DNA from: Bacillota bacterium
GTDB lineage: Bacteria > Bacillota > Sulfobacillia > Symbiobacteriales > ZC4RG38
NCBI GenBank assembly: GCA_003242505.2
Contig: QGUP02000001.1
Location: 1,917-65,916 of the forward strand
Direction of reading: 5' to 3'
Length of the DNA: 64,000 nt
The notes under the pieces are model-generated. The model did not search any database. It was not told where the DNA came from and worked only from the letters and a program-made list of their open reading frames with translations. The stretch's first letter is position 1. Each line of letters starts with the position of its first letter. The translations under genes were made by a program, and so were the position numbers. Shown piece by piece: positions 46,369-55,595 of this stretch.

Positions 46369-46734
46369 TCATGGCGCCGCTCCCGCCCCGCCCAGGGCCA
46401 TCCCTGCCGCCAGCAGCGCCAGCACCAGGAGGGAGGCCAGGGCCAGGGGCCAGTCCCGCTGCCGGGCAAAGGCGAGGGCCGCCGCGATCACCCGGAGGAC
46501 CGGGGTGGCGGCGAGGAGCAGGAGCCCCAGGGCCATCACCGCCAGGGGGTCCCCTTGCCGCAGCCCCGCCGCCACCGCGCCGAGGGAGGCCGGGGCGGTC
46601 CAGTCCGGGCCGGTGCCCTGGCCCGACCGGGCGAGCATCAGCGCGAGCCCTGCCGCCATGACCCCGGCCGCCAGCCCGACCCCTGCCCGCAGGACCCGGG
46701 CGAGGATCGTCTCGTTGCGCCTCACCCCTGCCAC
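46369..46734 (-). CDS. DUF1634-family membrane protein
   Basis: Small 3-4 TM protein immediately downstream of, and overlapping, a TauE/SafE gene, which is the usual DUF1634 context. Confidence 0.7.
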   Translation of the reverse strand: MAGVRRNETILARVLRAGVGLAAGVMAAGLALMLARSGQGTGPDWTAPASLGAVAAGLRQGDPLAVMALGLLLLAATPVLRVIAAALAFARQRDWPLALASLLVLALLAAGMALGGAGAAP

Positions 46735-47561
46735 CCCCGCCAGAGCATCTGCAGGGCCATCACCAGCAGGATGGGGATGAAGAGGGTGCGGAGCGTCCGC
46801 CCCCGGAGCCGGACCATCAGCCGGGTCCCCAGGGTCGCTCCTGCCAGCACCCCGAGGGCCACCGGCGCGGCGACCCCGGGGGCGATCTGCCCCCGGGCGA
46901 AGTAGACCGCGGCCGTGGCGGCGGCGGTCACCCCGATCATGAAGTTGGAGGTGGCGGTGGAGACCTTGATCGGCAGTTTCATCACCTGGTCCATGGCCAG
47001 CACCTTGAAGACCCCGGAGCCGATGCCCAGAAGTCCCGCGACGATGCCGGCGCCGTACATGATGATGAGCCCCGGCAGGGCCCGCCCGGCCCGATAGGAA
47101 ACCGCCCGGCCCAGGGCCGGGTCGAAGTACTCCCCTTCCAGGCGGAGCCAGCGGGAGAGGGCGTCGGGCCGGACCTCGCCCGGCAACTCCTGCTGCCGGG
47201 ACCGGTACATGGCCAGGGCGGAGTAGAGAAGCACCGCACCGAAGGCCACATAAAGATAGCGGGGGCTGACCATCCCGGCCAGCAGCGCGCCGGTGAGGGC
47301 CCCTGCGGTGGTGCCCACCTCCAGCAGCACGGCGATGCGCACGTCGGTCAGCCGGTCCCGCAGATAGGCCACCGCGGCGCCGCTGGAGGTGGCGATGATG
47401 GAGACAGCGCTGGCCCCTATCGCCAGGCGAATGTCAAGGCCGTACAGAAGGGTCAGGGCGGGGATGACGATCATGCCGCCCCCGATGCCGACCAGGGCGC
47501 CCAGGAGCCCGGCTGCCACCGAAATGGTGAAGAGCGAGAGTGCGATGCCGCTGAAGGTCAA
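46722..47561 (-). CDS. TauE/SafE-family sulfite/organosulfonate exporter
   Basis: TTG at 47561 after GGAGG. GLLGALVGIGGGMIVIPAL and a second half with LLGIGSGVFKVLAM. Confidence 0.85.
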   Translation of the reverse strand: MTFSGIALSLFTISVAAGLLGALVGIGGGMIVIPALTLLYGLDIRLAIGASAVSIIATSSGAAVAYLRDRLTDVRIAVLLEVGTTAGALTGALLAGMVSPRYLYVAFGAVLLYSALAMYRSRQQELPGEVRPDALSRWLRLEGEYFDPALGRAVSYRAGRALPGLIIMYGAGIVAGLLGIGSGVFKVLAMDQVMKLPIKVSTATSNFMIGVTAAATAAVYFARGQIAPGVAAPVALGVLAGATLGTRLMVRLRGRTLRTLFIPILLVMALQMLWRGWQG

Positions 47562-47604
47562 TGGGTTGGATCGCCTCCGAACCAGGCGCGGCTGCCCCGG
47601 GAGG

Positions 47605-47868
47605 TTATTCGGGCTCCCGCCGCCGCTCCAGGGCAGGCCAGAGCCGCTCCAGCACCGCAAGGATCTGGCCCAGGTTCCCTTTCAGGGTCATGGTTCCCTC
47701 GGACTCCCCGGGGAGACCGGAGATGCAGAGCAGTCGGAGCCGCACCTCCATGCCGTCAAGGCCGCCGTCCGCCTCGACCAGGGTCTCCAACAGGTTCAGC
47801 GGGGTCTCGGTGACACGCATGCCCCGGCAGCGGCAGGCGTGGATCAGATCCGCCTTCCCCTCGATCAA
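47605..47868 (-). CDS. Hypothetical small cytoplasmic protein upstream of the TauE gene
   Basis: TTG 6 nt after GAGGAGGA. 87 aa, with no confident family. Confidence 0.45.
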   Translation of the reverse strand: MIEGKADLIHACRCRGMRVTETPLNLLETLVEADGGLDGMEVRLRLLCISGLPGESEGTMTLKGNLGQILAVLERLWPALERRREPE

Positions 47869-47997
47869 GGTCGATCCTCCTCATTTAAGGAACCCGCGGC
47901 GGCCTCGGCGGGTTCCGGCTTAGTGTGTGACCGGACGTGTCCCCATTATAGCCGCCGCTACCGGGAGAGCGACAGACTGGTGGGACGAGCGCGCCTC

Positions 47998-48140
47998 TGG
48001 TAGAATAGTATTGTCAACCGGTCACGATCGGTGCGAAGGATTGCGATCCTAGTTCGACAGAATGAGACCGTTGACCTCCCTGGGAGGTGCTGGGGCCCGC
48101 CCACGGGCCCGCCTGCCGGGGAGGTCCTGCGTTTTTCGGC
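47998..48140 (+). promoter_or_regulatory. Extended -10 promoter (TGgTAGAAT) plus a structured leader/attenuator candidate upstream of pdp
   Basis: TAGAAT at 48001-48006. Helix 48013-48023/48066-48075. GACCTCCC (48073-48080) can pair locally with GGAGGT (48083-48088) or distally with GGGAGGTC (48119-48126), which is followed by CTGCGTTTTT. Confidence 0.35.
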
Positions 48141-48296
48141 TCAGGGGTGGCCTGGCCCGAGGCGGCGGCAGGAATTGGCCCCCCTGGGCCACAATCCTTT
48201 TAGTGGCGAACCTGCGTCTTCGTGGCGAGCCTGCGTGGCCACCGCACAAGAGGGGGAAGGTGCGGAGGAGCGACGAGTGGCAAGGGGGGTCCAGCC

Positions 48297-49625
48297 GTGC
48301 AGGTGTACGAGATCCTGTACAAGAAGCGCCAGGGTCAGGAACTCAGCACCGAGGAGATCCATTTCCTGATCGAAGGGTATACCCGGGGAACCATCCCGGA
48401 CTACCAGATGGCGGCCTGGGCAATGGCCGTCTGCCTCCGGGGGATGACCCCCCGGGAGACCGCCGACCTGACCATGGCCATGGTCCGTTCCGGCGTCACC
48501 GTGGACCTGAGCGGCATCGCCGGGGTCAAGGTGGACAAGCACTCCACCGGCGGGGTCGGGGATACGACCAGCCTGGTGCTGATTCCCCTGGTGGCGGCCT
48601 GCGGGGCGCCGGTGGCCAAGATGTCCGGCCGGGGGCTGGGGCACACCGGCGGCACCCTGGACAAGCTGGAGTCGATCCCCGGGTTCCGGGTGGAGATGAC
48701 CCCGGAGGAGTTTGTCGCCCAGGTGAATCGGATCGGCTGCGCCATCTGCGGGCAGACCGCCGACCTGGTGCCCGCGGACAAGAAGCTCTACGCGCTCCGG
48801 GACGTGACCGCGACGGTGGACAGCATCCCCCTGATCGCCGCGTCCATCATGTCCAAGAAACTGGCCGGCGGGGCCGATGCCATCGTACTGGACGTGAAGA
48901 CCGGCGACGGGGCCTTCATGCGGGACGTGGAGGACGCCTTCCGCCTGGCCCGGGCGATGGTGGAGATCGGCACCCGGGTGGGCCGGGAGACCGTGGCCCT
49001 GGTGACGGACATGAGCCAGCCCCTGGGCCGGGCGGTGGGCAACGCCCTGGAGGTGGCCGAGGCCATCGAGACCCTCCGGGGGTTTGGCCCCGCGGACCTG
49101 GAGGCCCTCTGCCTGGAGCTCGGCAGCCACATGCTCCGGCTGGCCGGGGTAGCCCCGACTCCCGAGGAGGCGAAGAAGCGGCTCACCCGGGCCCTCCGGG
49201 ACGGCAGCGCCCTGGCCAAGCTGAAGGAGATGGTCGCGGCCCAGGGCGGCGATGTCTCCTACATCAACCAGCCCATCAAGCTGCCCCGGGCGCAGCACAT
49301 CAAGCTCGTGGCCGCCCCCGCCGGCGGCTACGTGCGCCGGATCGGCGCGCTGGCGGTGGGGGAGGTGGCCCGGTTCCTCGGGGCCGGCCGGGCGACCAAG
49401 GAGGACACCGTGGACCCCGCGGTCGGGGTGGTGCTGCGCAAGAAAGTCGGCGACCAGGTAGAGCCCGGTGAGCCGCTGGCGGAGATCCACGCCAACCATC
49501 CGGAGCGGATCCCTGAGGCGGAGGCCCGCCTGCTGGCGGCCATCGAGATCGGCCCCGAGCCGGTGACGCCGCCGCCCCTCATCTACGGCGTGGTGACCGC
49601 GGCGGGGGAGGAGCGGCTGGCGTAG
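48297..49625 (+). CDS. pdp: Pyrimidine-nucleoside (thymidine) phosphorylase
   Basis: GTG after GGGGGGT. KHSTGGVGD, MSGRGLGHTGGTLDKLESIPGF, C-terminal PYNP domain. Confidence 0.9.
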   Translation: MQVYEILYKKRQGQELSTEEIHFLIEGYTRGTIPDYQMAAWAMAVCLRGMTPRETADLTMAMVRSGVTVDLSGIAGVKVDKHSTGGVGDTTSLVLIPLVAACGAPVAKMSGRGLGHTGGTLDKLESIPGFRVEMTPEEFVAQVNRIGCAICGQTADLVPADKKLYALRDVTATVDSIPLIAASIMSKKLAGGADAIVLDVKTGDGAFMRDVEDAFRLARAMVEIGTRVGRETVALVTDMSQPLGRAVGNALEVAEAIETLRGFGPADLEALCLELGSHMLRLAGVAPTPEEAKKRLTRALRDGSALAKLKEMVAAQGGDVSYINQPIKLPRAQHIKLVAAPAGGYVRRIGALAVGEVARFLGAGRATKEDTVDPAVGVVLRKKVGDQVEPGEPLAEIHANHPERIPEAEARLLAAIEIGPEPVTPPPLIYGVVTAAGEERLA

Positions 49626-49710
49626 CCCCGCCGGACCGTCGGGGTCGCCAGCGGGTCATCGACCCGACGCCAGCCGGTCGTCACCCGGTTGCCCCCGGGG
49701 CGATAGAATG

Positions 49711-49759
49711 GATCAGGCCCGCAGCCCCCGGCAGGGGCAGGCTGCGGGCCTGATTTGGA
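49711..49759 (+). terminator. Rho-independent terminator after pdp
   Basis: GATCAGGCCCGCAGCC...GGCTGCGGGCCTGAT (15-bp perfect stem) followed by TTTGG. Confidence 0.6.
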
Positions 49760-49776
49760 AAGGAGGGTGGCGCCGG

Positions 49777-50040
49777 ATGCCATTCCCCTTCGGTGGCGGG
49801 TTTGACGCCAGCGGGATTGCAACCTCCGCTTGGTCGCCCTTTATCGGCGCGCAGGCCGGTGCCGACGACCTCTGGATCGTCCCGGGCGGGGCGGCCTATC
49901 CTGCGGCCAACGCAACGGTCTATCGGGTTTACGAGTATGCGGTTCCGGTGACAACCGTCGCGACGGTGCCTTCCGCGTACCCAACGGTGGCCGGCATTCC
50001 GGGCATCGCCGCCTACCCGGCCGTGCCGGGCGCGATCTGA
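49777..50040 (+). CDS. Hypothetical small protein (87 aa)
   Basis: ATG after AAAGGAGGG. MPFPFGGGFDASG..., Ala/Pro/Val-rich. Flanked by terminators on both sides. Confidence 0.4.
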   Translation: MPFPFGGGFDASGIATSAWSPFIGAQAGADDLWIVPGGAAYPAANATVYRVYEYAVPVTTVATVPSAYPTVAGIPGIAAYPAVPGAI

Positions 50041-50053
50041 ACCCCTAAGGCCT

Positions 50054-50087
50054 GCGACCCCCCGGTTCCGGGGGGTCGGCGCTTTTC
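50054..50087 (+). terminator. Rho-independent terminator
   Basis: CGACCCCCCGG/CCGGGGGGTCG stem, then GCGCTTTTCC. Confidence 0.55.
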
Positions 50088-50114
50088 CGGGGGAGCATAC
50101 GGAGTAGCCCACCC

Positions 50115-50369
50115 TCAGCCTTGGCGGAAGAAGAGGACCTCCCAGGCCCCGTCCTCGGTCTGACGGGTGGTGTGGTCGAATCCCATCCGCCCCAGGACCT
50201 TGTAGAGGGGCTTGGGCTCGAAGGGGGCGACGAGGAGCAGCCGCTGCCCTTCCCGCAGGGCCTGGACTGCGGCCATGATCTTGTGGAAGGGCTCCCGGCC
50301 CGCCTTCAGGTCTTCCCGGACGTCGAGACGGACAACCTCCTCGGACACCGCTGTCACATCCTTGCCCAT
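50115..50369 (-). CDS. DUF2249-domain protein
   Basis: LDVREDLKAGREPFHKIMAAVQALREGQRLLLVAPFEPKPLYKVLGRMGF...DGAWEVLFFR fits the DUF2249 pattern. Confidence 0.8.
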   Translation of the reverse strand: MGKDVTAVSEEVVRLDVREDLKAGREPFHKIMAAVQALREGQRLLLVAPFEPKPLYKVLGRMGFDHTTRQTEDGAWEVLFFRQG

Positions 50370-50413
50370 ACTCGATTCGATTCCTATTCTCAGTATCGCC
50401 CGGGACCGCGGCA

Positions 50414-50427
50414 GTGACGCCGATCAC
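50414..50427. promoter_or_regulatory. Crp/Fnr-type half-palindrome GTGA-N6-TCAC between the divergent DUF2249 genes
   Basis: aGTGAcgccgaTCACc, compared with the CRP-class TGTGA-N6-TCACA. A Crp/Fnr gene lies 300 bp away. Confidence 0.35.
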
Positions 50428-50479
50428 CTGCGCCGGCGCCGGGAACCGCTATGCTGGATGTGCAAGAGGGGGTGGAACG

Positions 50480-50698
50480 ATGGCCTTTCTCGATAACCGG
50501 GGCCTGGAGCCGCCGGAGCCGATGATGCGGGTGCTGGAGGCACTGGCGCGGCTGGGGCCGGAGGAGGAGCTGGAGGTGCTGAACGACCGCCGGCCGCTCT
50601 TTCTCTACCCGATCCTGGAGGAGCGGGGCTACGTCCACGAGACCACCGAGAACCCCGACGGCACCGTCCGGATCCGGATCCGGCGGCGCCAGGGGTAA
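50480..50698 (+). CDS. DUF2249-domain protein (second, divergent copy)
   Basis: ATG after GGGGGTGG. LDNRGLEPPEPMMRVLEALARLGPEEELEVLNDRRPLFLYPILEERGY...DGTVRIRIRR. Confidence 0.75.
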   Translation: MAFLDNRGLEPPEPMMRVLEALARLGPEEELEVLNDRRPLFLYPILEERGYVHETTENPDGTVRIRIRRRQG

Positions 50699-50744
50699 TG
50701 CGCCAGGGGCAACCCCGCGCCGGGGACATGGCCGCCTGCCGGCG

Positions 50745-51428
50745 CTAATCTTCCACCCAGGCCCGGAGCCGCTCCTCGTTCAGGATCAGCCGGTTGCCCA
50801 CCATCTCCAGGGCCCGGCTGCGGCGGAGTTCCGCCAGGGCCCGGGTGATGGTCTCCCGGGAGGCGCCGAGGAGCCCCCCGAGTTCCTCGTGGGTATAGGA
50901 GAGGTCGACCTCCCAGCCCTGGTCGGTGGGGCGGCCCCGCTTCCGGGCCTGCTGGAGCAGGAACTCCGCCAGGCGGGAGCGCAGGTCCCGGGTGGCCAGG
51001 GAGTGGATCCGGTCCTGGGCCCCCCGGAGCCGATCTGCCACCTCCAGGAGGATCCGGCTCTGGAGGTGCGGGTGCTCCTGCTGGAGCCGGTGGTAGTCCG
51101 GGATCCGCATCATCCAGACCACCGAGGGCTCCACTGCCTCCGCGGTGGCCGGGTATGGCCGCTGGTCCAGGGCCACCACCAGGCCGAAGGCCGCCGGGGG
51201 CTCCCAGATCGCGATGATCTGCTCCTGTCCGTCCGGGGCCACCCGGTAGACCTTTACCCGGCCTTCCCGGAGGAAATAGATCGCCTCCCCCGGGTCGCCC
51301 TCCCGGAAGATGGTCGCCCCCTTCGGGAAATGGCGCTCGTGCAGGACCCTGGCCACCTCGTCCAGGGCCGCCGGGGGCAGGTCGGCGAAGAGGGAGATGG
51401 CGGCGATGAACTGCCGATCCTCGACCAT
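50745..51428 (-). CDS. Crp/Fnr-family transcriptional regulator
   Basis: cNMP-binding-like N-terminus (FPKGATIFREGDPGEAIYFLREGRVKVY) and a C-terminal HTH (YTHEELGGLLGASRETITRALAELR). The ORF-track 777-aa extension is rejected. Confidence 0.9.
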   Translation of the reverse strand: MVEDRQFIAAISLFADLPPAALDEVARVLHERHFPKGATIFREGDPGEAIYFLREGRVKVYRVAPDGQEQIIAIWEPPAAFGLVVALDQRPYPATAEAVEPSVVWMMRIPDYHRLQQEHPHLQSRILLEVADRLRGAQDRIHSLATRDLRSRLAEFLLQQARKRGRPTDQGWEVDLSYTHEELGGLLGASRETITRALAELRRSRALEMVGNRLILNEERLRAWVED

Positions 51429-51641
51429 GGGCTGCACCTCACCCTGGGGCGCGGGCACCGCGTTCGCTGCTGTCGAATCGCTCGCGCGAATTCCTGCCCC
51501 TCTCTGGTAACACATGCCGGCGGGGTCGGCGCGGACTCCCGGGAGCGGGGCCGGCGGCAAGCCGGCCTCGGCAGGCGCCCGGGGCGGACGGGGTGACCGG
51601 TTCCCGGGCCGGACGGAACCGACGGTGGGAGGTGAGACAAG

Positions 51642-52997
51642 GTGGCAGAGAAGAGGCCGGGCAGCGGCGGCGCCCGGGAGACCATCTACCCGGAGCGGGC
51701 CCCTCAGGCGGCGGTGCCGGTGCCCTTTTTCGCCGCCGCCCTGGTGGCCCTGGCCCTCCTGGAGATCGTGATGGTGCTCCGGGCGGAGGCCCTGGTGCTG
51801 GGCTGGCGGCACAACCCCCCGGTCCTGGTGGCGGTGCACCTGTTCCTCCTGGGCTGGGGGACGACCCTCATCTTCGGCGCCGCCTACCAGATGGCGCCGG
51901 TGGTGCTGGAGGGTTCCCTCTGGCGGCCGGACTGGCCCCGGCTCCACCTCTGGCTCCACGGCGCGGGGGTGGCGGCGCTGGTGGCCGGCTTCTGGCTCTG
52001 GCAGCCCCTGTGGATCGCCAGCGGCGGGACTCTGGTGCTGGCCGGTGCGGTGCTCTTTGCCCTCAACCTCGCGGTCACCCTGCGCCAGGCCCGGCGCCGG
52101 AACCCGGTGGGGCTGGGGATGGCCGGCTCCGCCCTGTACCTGCTCCTCACCGTGGGGTGGGGCTGGACCCTGGCCCTCAACCTGCGGCTGGGTTTCCTCG
52201 GCCTGGCGGTGGACGCCCTCGTCCAGCACATGGTCTTCGGCCTGGCGGGCTGGTTCACCCTGATGATCGTCGCCGCCGCCTACCAGCTCATCCCCATGTT
52301 CGCGGTGGCGCCCCCGCCGCCGGCCCGGCGGGTCTGGTGGGTCACCGGCGGGCTGGCGGCCGCCCCGGCGGTCGCAGTCCTGAGCCTGGCCCTGCTGCCG
52401 GGGGCGGCGGGAGACCTGGGGGCCCGGCTCGCCTTCCTGGCGGAGGCCGGGCTGCTGGCCGCCTTTGTCCTGGACGTCTGGAGGATGCTCCGGCGCCGGC
52501 CCCCGCGGCCCATGGAGCCGCCGGTCCGCTTCGCGGCGGCCGCGGTGGCGGCGGCGGCCCTGACCGTCGCCTGGGGGGTGGGTCTGCTCCTGGGGCTGGT
52601 GCCCGGGGGTGTCCGAACCCAGATGGCCTTTGCGGCCCTGGTGCTCCTCGGCTGGATTGGGACCATGAGCGTGGGCCAACTCTACCGGATCCTGCCCTTC
52701 GTGGTCTGGCTCCACCGGTTCCGGCACCGGCGGACGCCCACGGAGCGGATCCCCTTCCTCCACGAGATGGCGCCCCGGCCCGCCGCCAACTGGATCCTGG
52801 GGCTCTGGGTGCCGGGAGTGGCCCTGCAGGTGGTGGGCTTCGGCCTGGGCCACGGCGGGGTGCTCCGCCTCGGCAGCCTGGCCGCGGCGGCTGCGGTGGC
52901 GGTTTTTGTCCGGGTGATGGTCGGGGTCATCCGCCACCTCCAGGTGCCCCCCGGGGCTCCCGGGGAGCCGCCCGGGCTCCGGCCGGAGGGGACGTGA
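51642..52997 (+). CDS. 12-TM membrane protein with a motif repeated three times; family unknown
   Basis: GTG after GGGAGGTGAG. The motif GW-x(6-7)-G/A-x2-YQ/YR-x2-P recurs in predicted TM2, TM6 and TM10 (HLFLLGWGTTLIFGAAYQMAPVV; HMVFGLAGWFTLMIVAAAYQLIPMF; ALVLLGWIGTMSVGQLYRILPFV). Confidence 0.7.
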   Translation: MAEKRPGSGGARETIYPERAPQAAVPVPFFAAALVALALLEIVMVLRAEALVLGWRHNPPVLVAVHLFLLGWGTTLIFGAAYQMAPVVLEGSLWRPDWPRLHLWLHGAGVAALVAGFWLWQPLWIASGGTLVLAGAVLFALNLAVTLRQARRRNPVGLGMAGSALYLLLTVGWGWTLALNLRLGFLGLAVDALVQHMVFGLAGWFTLMIVAAAYQLIPMFAVAPPPPARRVWWVTGGLAAAPAVAVLSLALLPGAAGDLGARLAFLAEAGLLAAFVLDVWRMLRRRPPRPMEPPVRFAAAAVAAAALTVAWGVGLLLGLVPGGVRTQMAFAALVLLGWIGTMSVGQLYRILPFVVWLHRFRHRRTPTERIPFLHEMAPRPAANWILGLWVPGVALQVVGFGLGHGGVLRLGSLAAAAAVAVFVRVMVGVIRHLQVPPGAPGEPPGLRPEGT

Positions 52998-53140
52998 CCG
53001 GCCGGGGCGGGAGGGACCCCGACGGCAGCGCGCCGGTGCCCCCGCGGACCTGCGGGGGCACCGGCGCGCCTTGTGCACAGGATAAGAGGATAAGCCTCAG
53101 CCCGGCGGGGCATGTACAGGTCCAACGCCAGGCGAGGCGC

Positions 53141-53395
53141 CTAGAGGTTCAACATCAGCCAGGTGAGGACGAAGAGGATGAAGGCGATGAGCAGGGTCGG
53201 GGCCGCCTGCCGTCCCCGGCTCTGTTGCCGGAGGCTGAGGGCGATCCCCGCCACCAGGACCAGGAGCGGGACGCCGTTGCCGAGGAGCACCGGCCCGAGG
53301 GGAGCGCCGGCCCGGTAGACCTGGGCCAGGGCCACGGCCGCTGCAATCAGCCCTCCCACCGTGGCCAGGATGCCCATCAGTGCCATCGGGTGCAT
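53141..53395 (-). CDS. Small 3-TM membrane protein
   Basis: ATG at 53395, 7 nt after GAGGAGG. 84 aa. Confidence 0.5.
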   Translation of the reverse strand: MHPMALMGILATVGGLIAAAVALAQVYRAGAPLGPVLLGNGVPLLVLVAGIALSLRQQSRGRQAAPTLLIAFILFVLTWLMLNL

Positions 53396-53516
53396 CGGTC
53401 TGCCTCCTCTGTCCCGGGGCCGGACGGCCTCCTGGCAGCCGGCCCCCACCGCTTCTAGCCCCCACCGCTTGTCCGGCCGGCCGCACCCCCGGTCAGGGCC
53501 GGCCCTACCGCCGCCG

Positions 53517-54134
53517 CTAGGTCAGGTAACTGCGGATCCGGGCGAGGAGCACATCGAAGCCAGGCTGGTTGAAAGCCCCTTCGGGGATGATGATGTCCGC
53601 GTAGCGCTTGCTGGGTTCGACAAAGGCCTCGTGCATGGGCTTCACCGTCTCCAGGTACTGCTGGATGACCGACTCAAGGCTCCGGCCCCGCTCTGTCAGG
53701 TCCCGCCGGATCCGGCGCAGGACCCGGACATCCGCATCGGTGTCCACGTATACCCGTAGGTCGTAAAGGCTCCGGAGTTCGGGGCTGGCCAGGACCAGGA
53801 TCCCCTCGACCAGGATGATCTCCCGGGGGTAGACGGTGACCGTCCGGTCCTCCCGCAGGTGGGTGCTGAAGTTGTAGCAGGGGCGCTCGATGGGCCGGCC
53901 GGCCTTCAGTTCGGCGATGTGCTGGTAGAAGAGTTCGTTGTCAAAGGAGTCCGGGTGATCGTAGTTCAACCGGCAGCGCTCCTCGTAGGAGAGGTGCCGG
54001 TTGTCCCGATAGTACATGTCGTGGCTGAGCAGCACCACGTGATCCGGAAGGGCCTCCACGATCCGGCGGGCCAGGCTGGTCTTTCCGGAACCACTCCCTC
54101 CGGCGATGGCGATGACGGCTTTGGGGATGACCAT
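53517..54134 (-). CDS. udk: Uridine kinase
   Basis: P-loop IAGGSGSGKTS. DSFDNELF...YNFSTH...VEGILV pattern. ATG after AGGAGG. Confidence 0.9.
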   Translation of the reverse strand: MVIPKAVIAIAGGSGSGKTSLARRIVEALPDHVVLLSHDMYYRDNRHLSYEERCRLNYDHPDSFDNELFYQHIAELKAGRPIERPCYNFSTHLREDRTVTVYPREIILVEGILVLASPELRSLYDLRVYVDTDADVRVLRRIRRDLTERGRSLESVIQQYLETVKPMHEAFVEPSKRYADIIIPEGAFNQPGFDVLLARIRSYLT

Positions 54135-54421
54135 GGCGTAACCTCCTGCCCGGAGCCTGGCGTCGCTCCCATACGATTATTGCCTACGGGGCCCCGGGGC
54201 GGCAAGGAAATCTTGCTGGGGCCCGAGGCGACGGTTGCTTCAGCCCGGGGTAGCCGGTCGGAGTAAACCGCTGGCGAAACTTATGGATAACGATAGTTGA
54301 ATTTCCCCGGCGGATGTAGTAGTGTACTAACCAGAGGGCCCGCCGGCCTTCCCCCGAGGTCGCCCGGCGGGGGAGGGCGGCGCCCGCCACCATGGATGCG
54401 AGGGAACAGGGAGGGGTTGCC

Positions 54422-55036
<615 letters not shown>

Positions 55037-55180
55037 GGCCGGCAGCAAGGGCTGGCAGTTCGGGCAAAGGTCAGGGCCTGCGGCCATCCCGGCGCACCGG
55101 GAGCGCCCCCGGGGCGCTCCCGGTGCGCTTTTCCCCCCGGCCGGGGCATACTAGCCGAGAGCAGCCGAGGGGGTGAAGGG

Positions 55181-55558
55181 ATGGCCGCAGACCGCGGGGG
55201 AGACCCCGGCTCTCGGCCGGGGTCCGCCGGCGCCCGGGCGGGGCATTCCGGGGCCCGGGAGGAGTATCCGGAGGGCCGGCCGGGGCATTCGGGGGTCCGG
55301 GAGGGGCATCCCGGGGCCCGGGAGGGGCGGCTGACCGAGATGGAACTGCAGATGCTCACCCACGCCCTGGATGCCGAGGCGACCCTGGTCCGCAAATGCC
55401 TCCACTACGCCGCCGAGACCCAGGACGAGGAGGCCCGGCGGTTCCTCGAGGGGCAGGCGGCGGTGCACCGCCGGCACTTCGACCAGCTCCTCGCCCTCCT
55501 GACCACCAGCGAGGAGACGTACATCACGACCGCGGCCAAGCAGATCATCGGCACGTGA
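55181..55558 (+). CDS. CotF-like (spore coat F / ferritin-like) protein with a repeat-bearing N-terminus; start uncertain
   Basis: The C-terminal 70 aa (LTEMELQMLTHALDAEATLVRKCLHYAAETQDEEARRFLEGQAAVHRRHFDQLLALL) is CotF-like. The N-terminus carries GHSGAREE/GHSGVRE/GHPGARE repeats. Confidence 0.5.
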   Translation: MAADRGGDPGSRPGSAGARAGHSGAREEYPEGRPGHSGVREGHPGAREGRLTEMELQMLTHALDAEATLVRKCLHYAAETQDEEARRFLEGQAAVHRRHFDQLLALLTTSEETYITTAAKQIIGT

Positions 55559-55595
55559 GAGGGACCGATCGTCAGTCCGCGAGGAGGGCGGGGCG

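Noticed and set aside
48013-48075. pdp leader helix with an internal TAGTTCGAC segment, considered as a tRNA-like element, T-box or purine riboswitch.
   Set aside because: There is no cloverleaf, no T-loop GGTTCGAATCC and no specifier/T-box sequence. It lacks the purine-aptamer conserved loops (UAUGG / CCGUAAA-type) as I recall them.
54270-54300. The 10-mer ATAACGATAG upstream of sodA is identical to the right arm of the tupA operator (12252-12261).
   Set aside because: Only one half-site is present. No ATCGnTAT partner lies at the proper spacing. It is probably a chance match in an AT-richer spacer.
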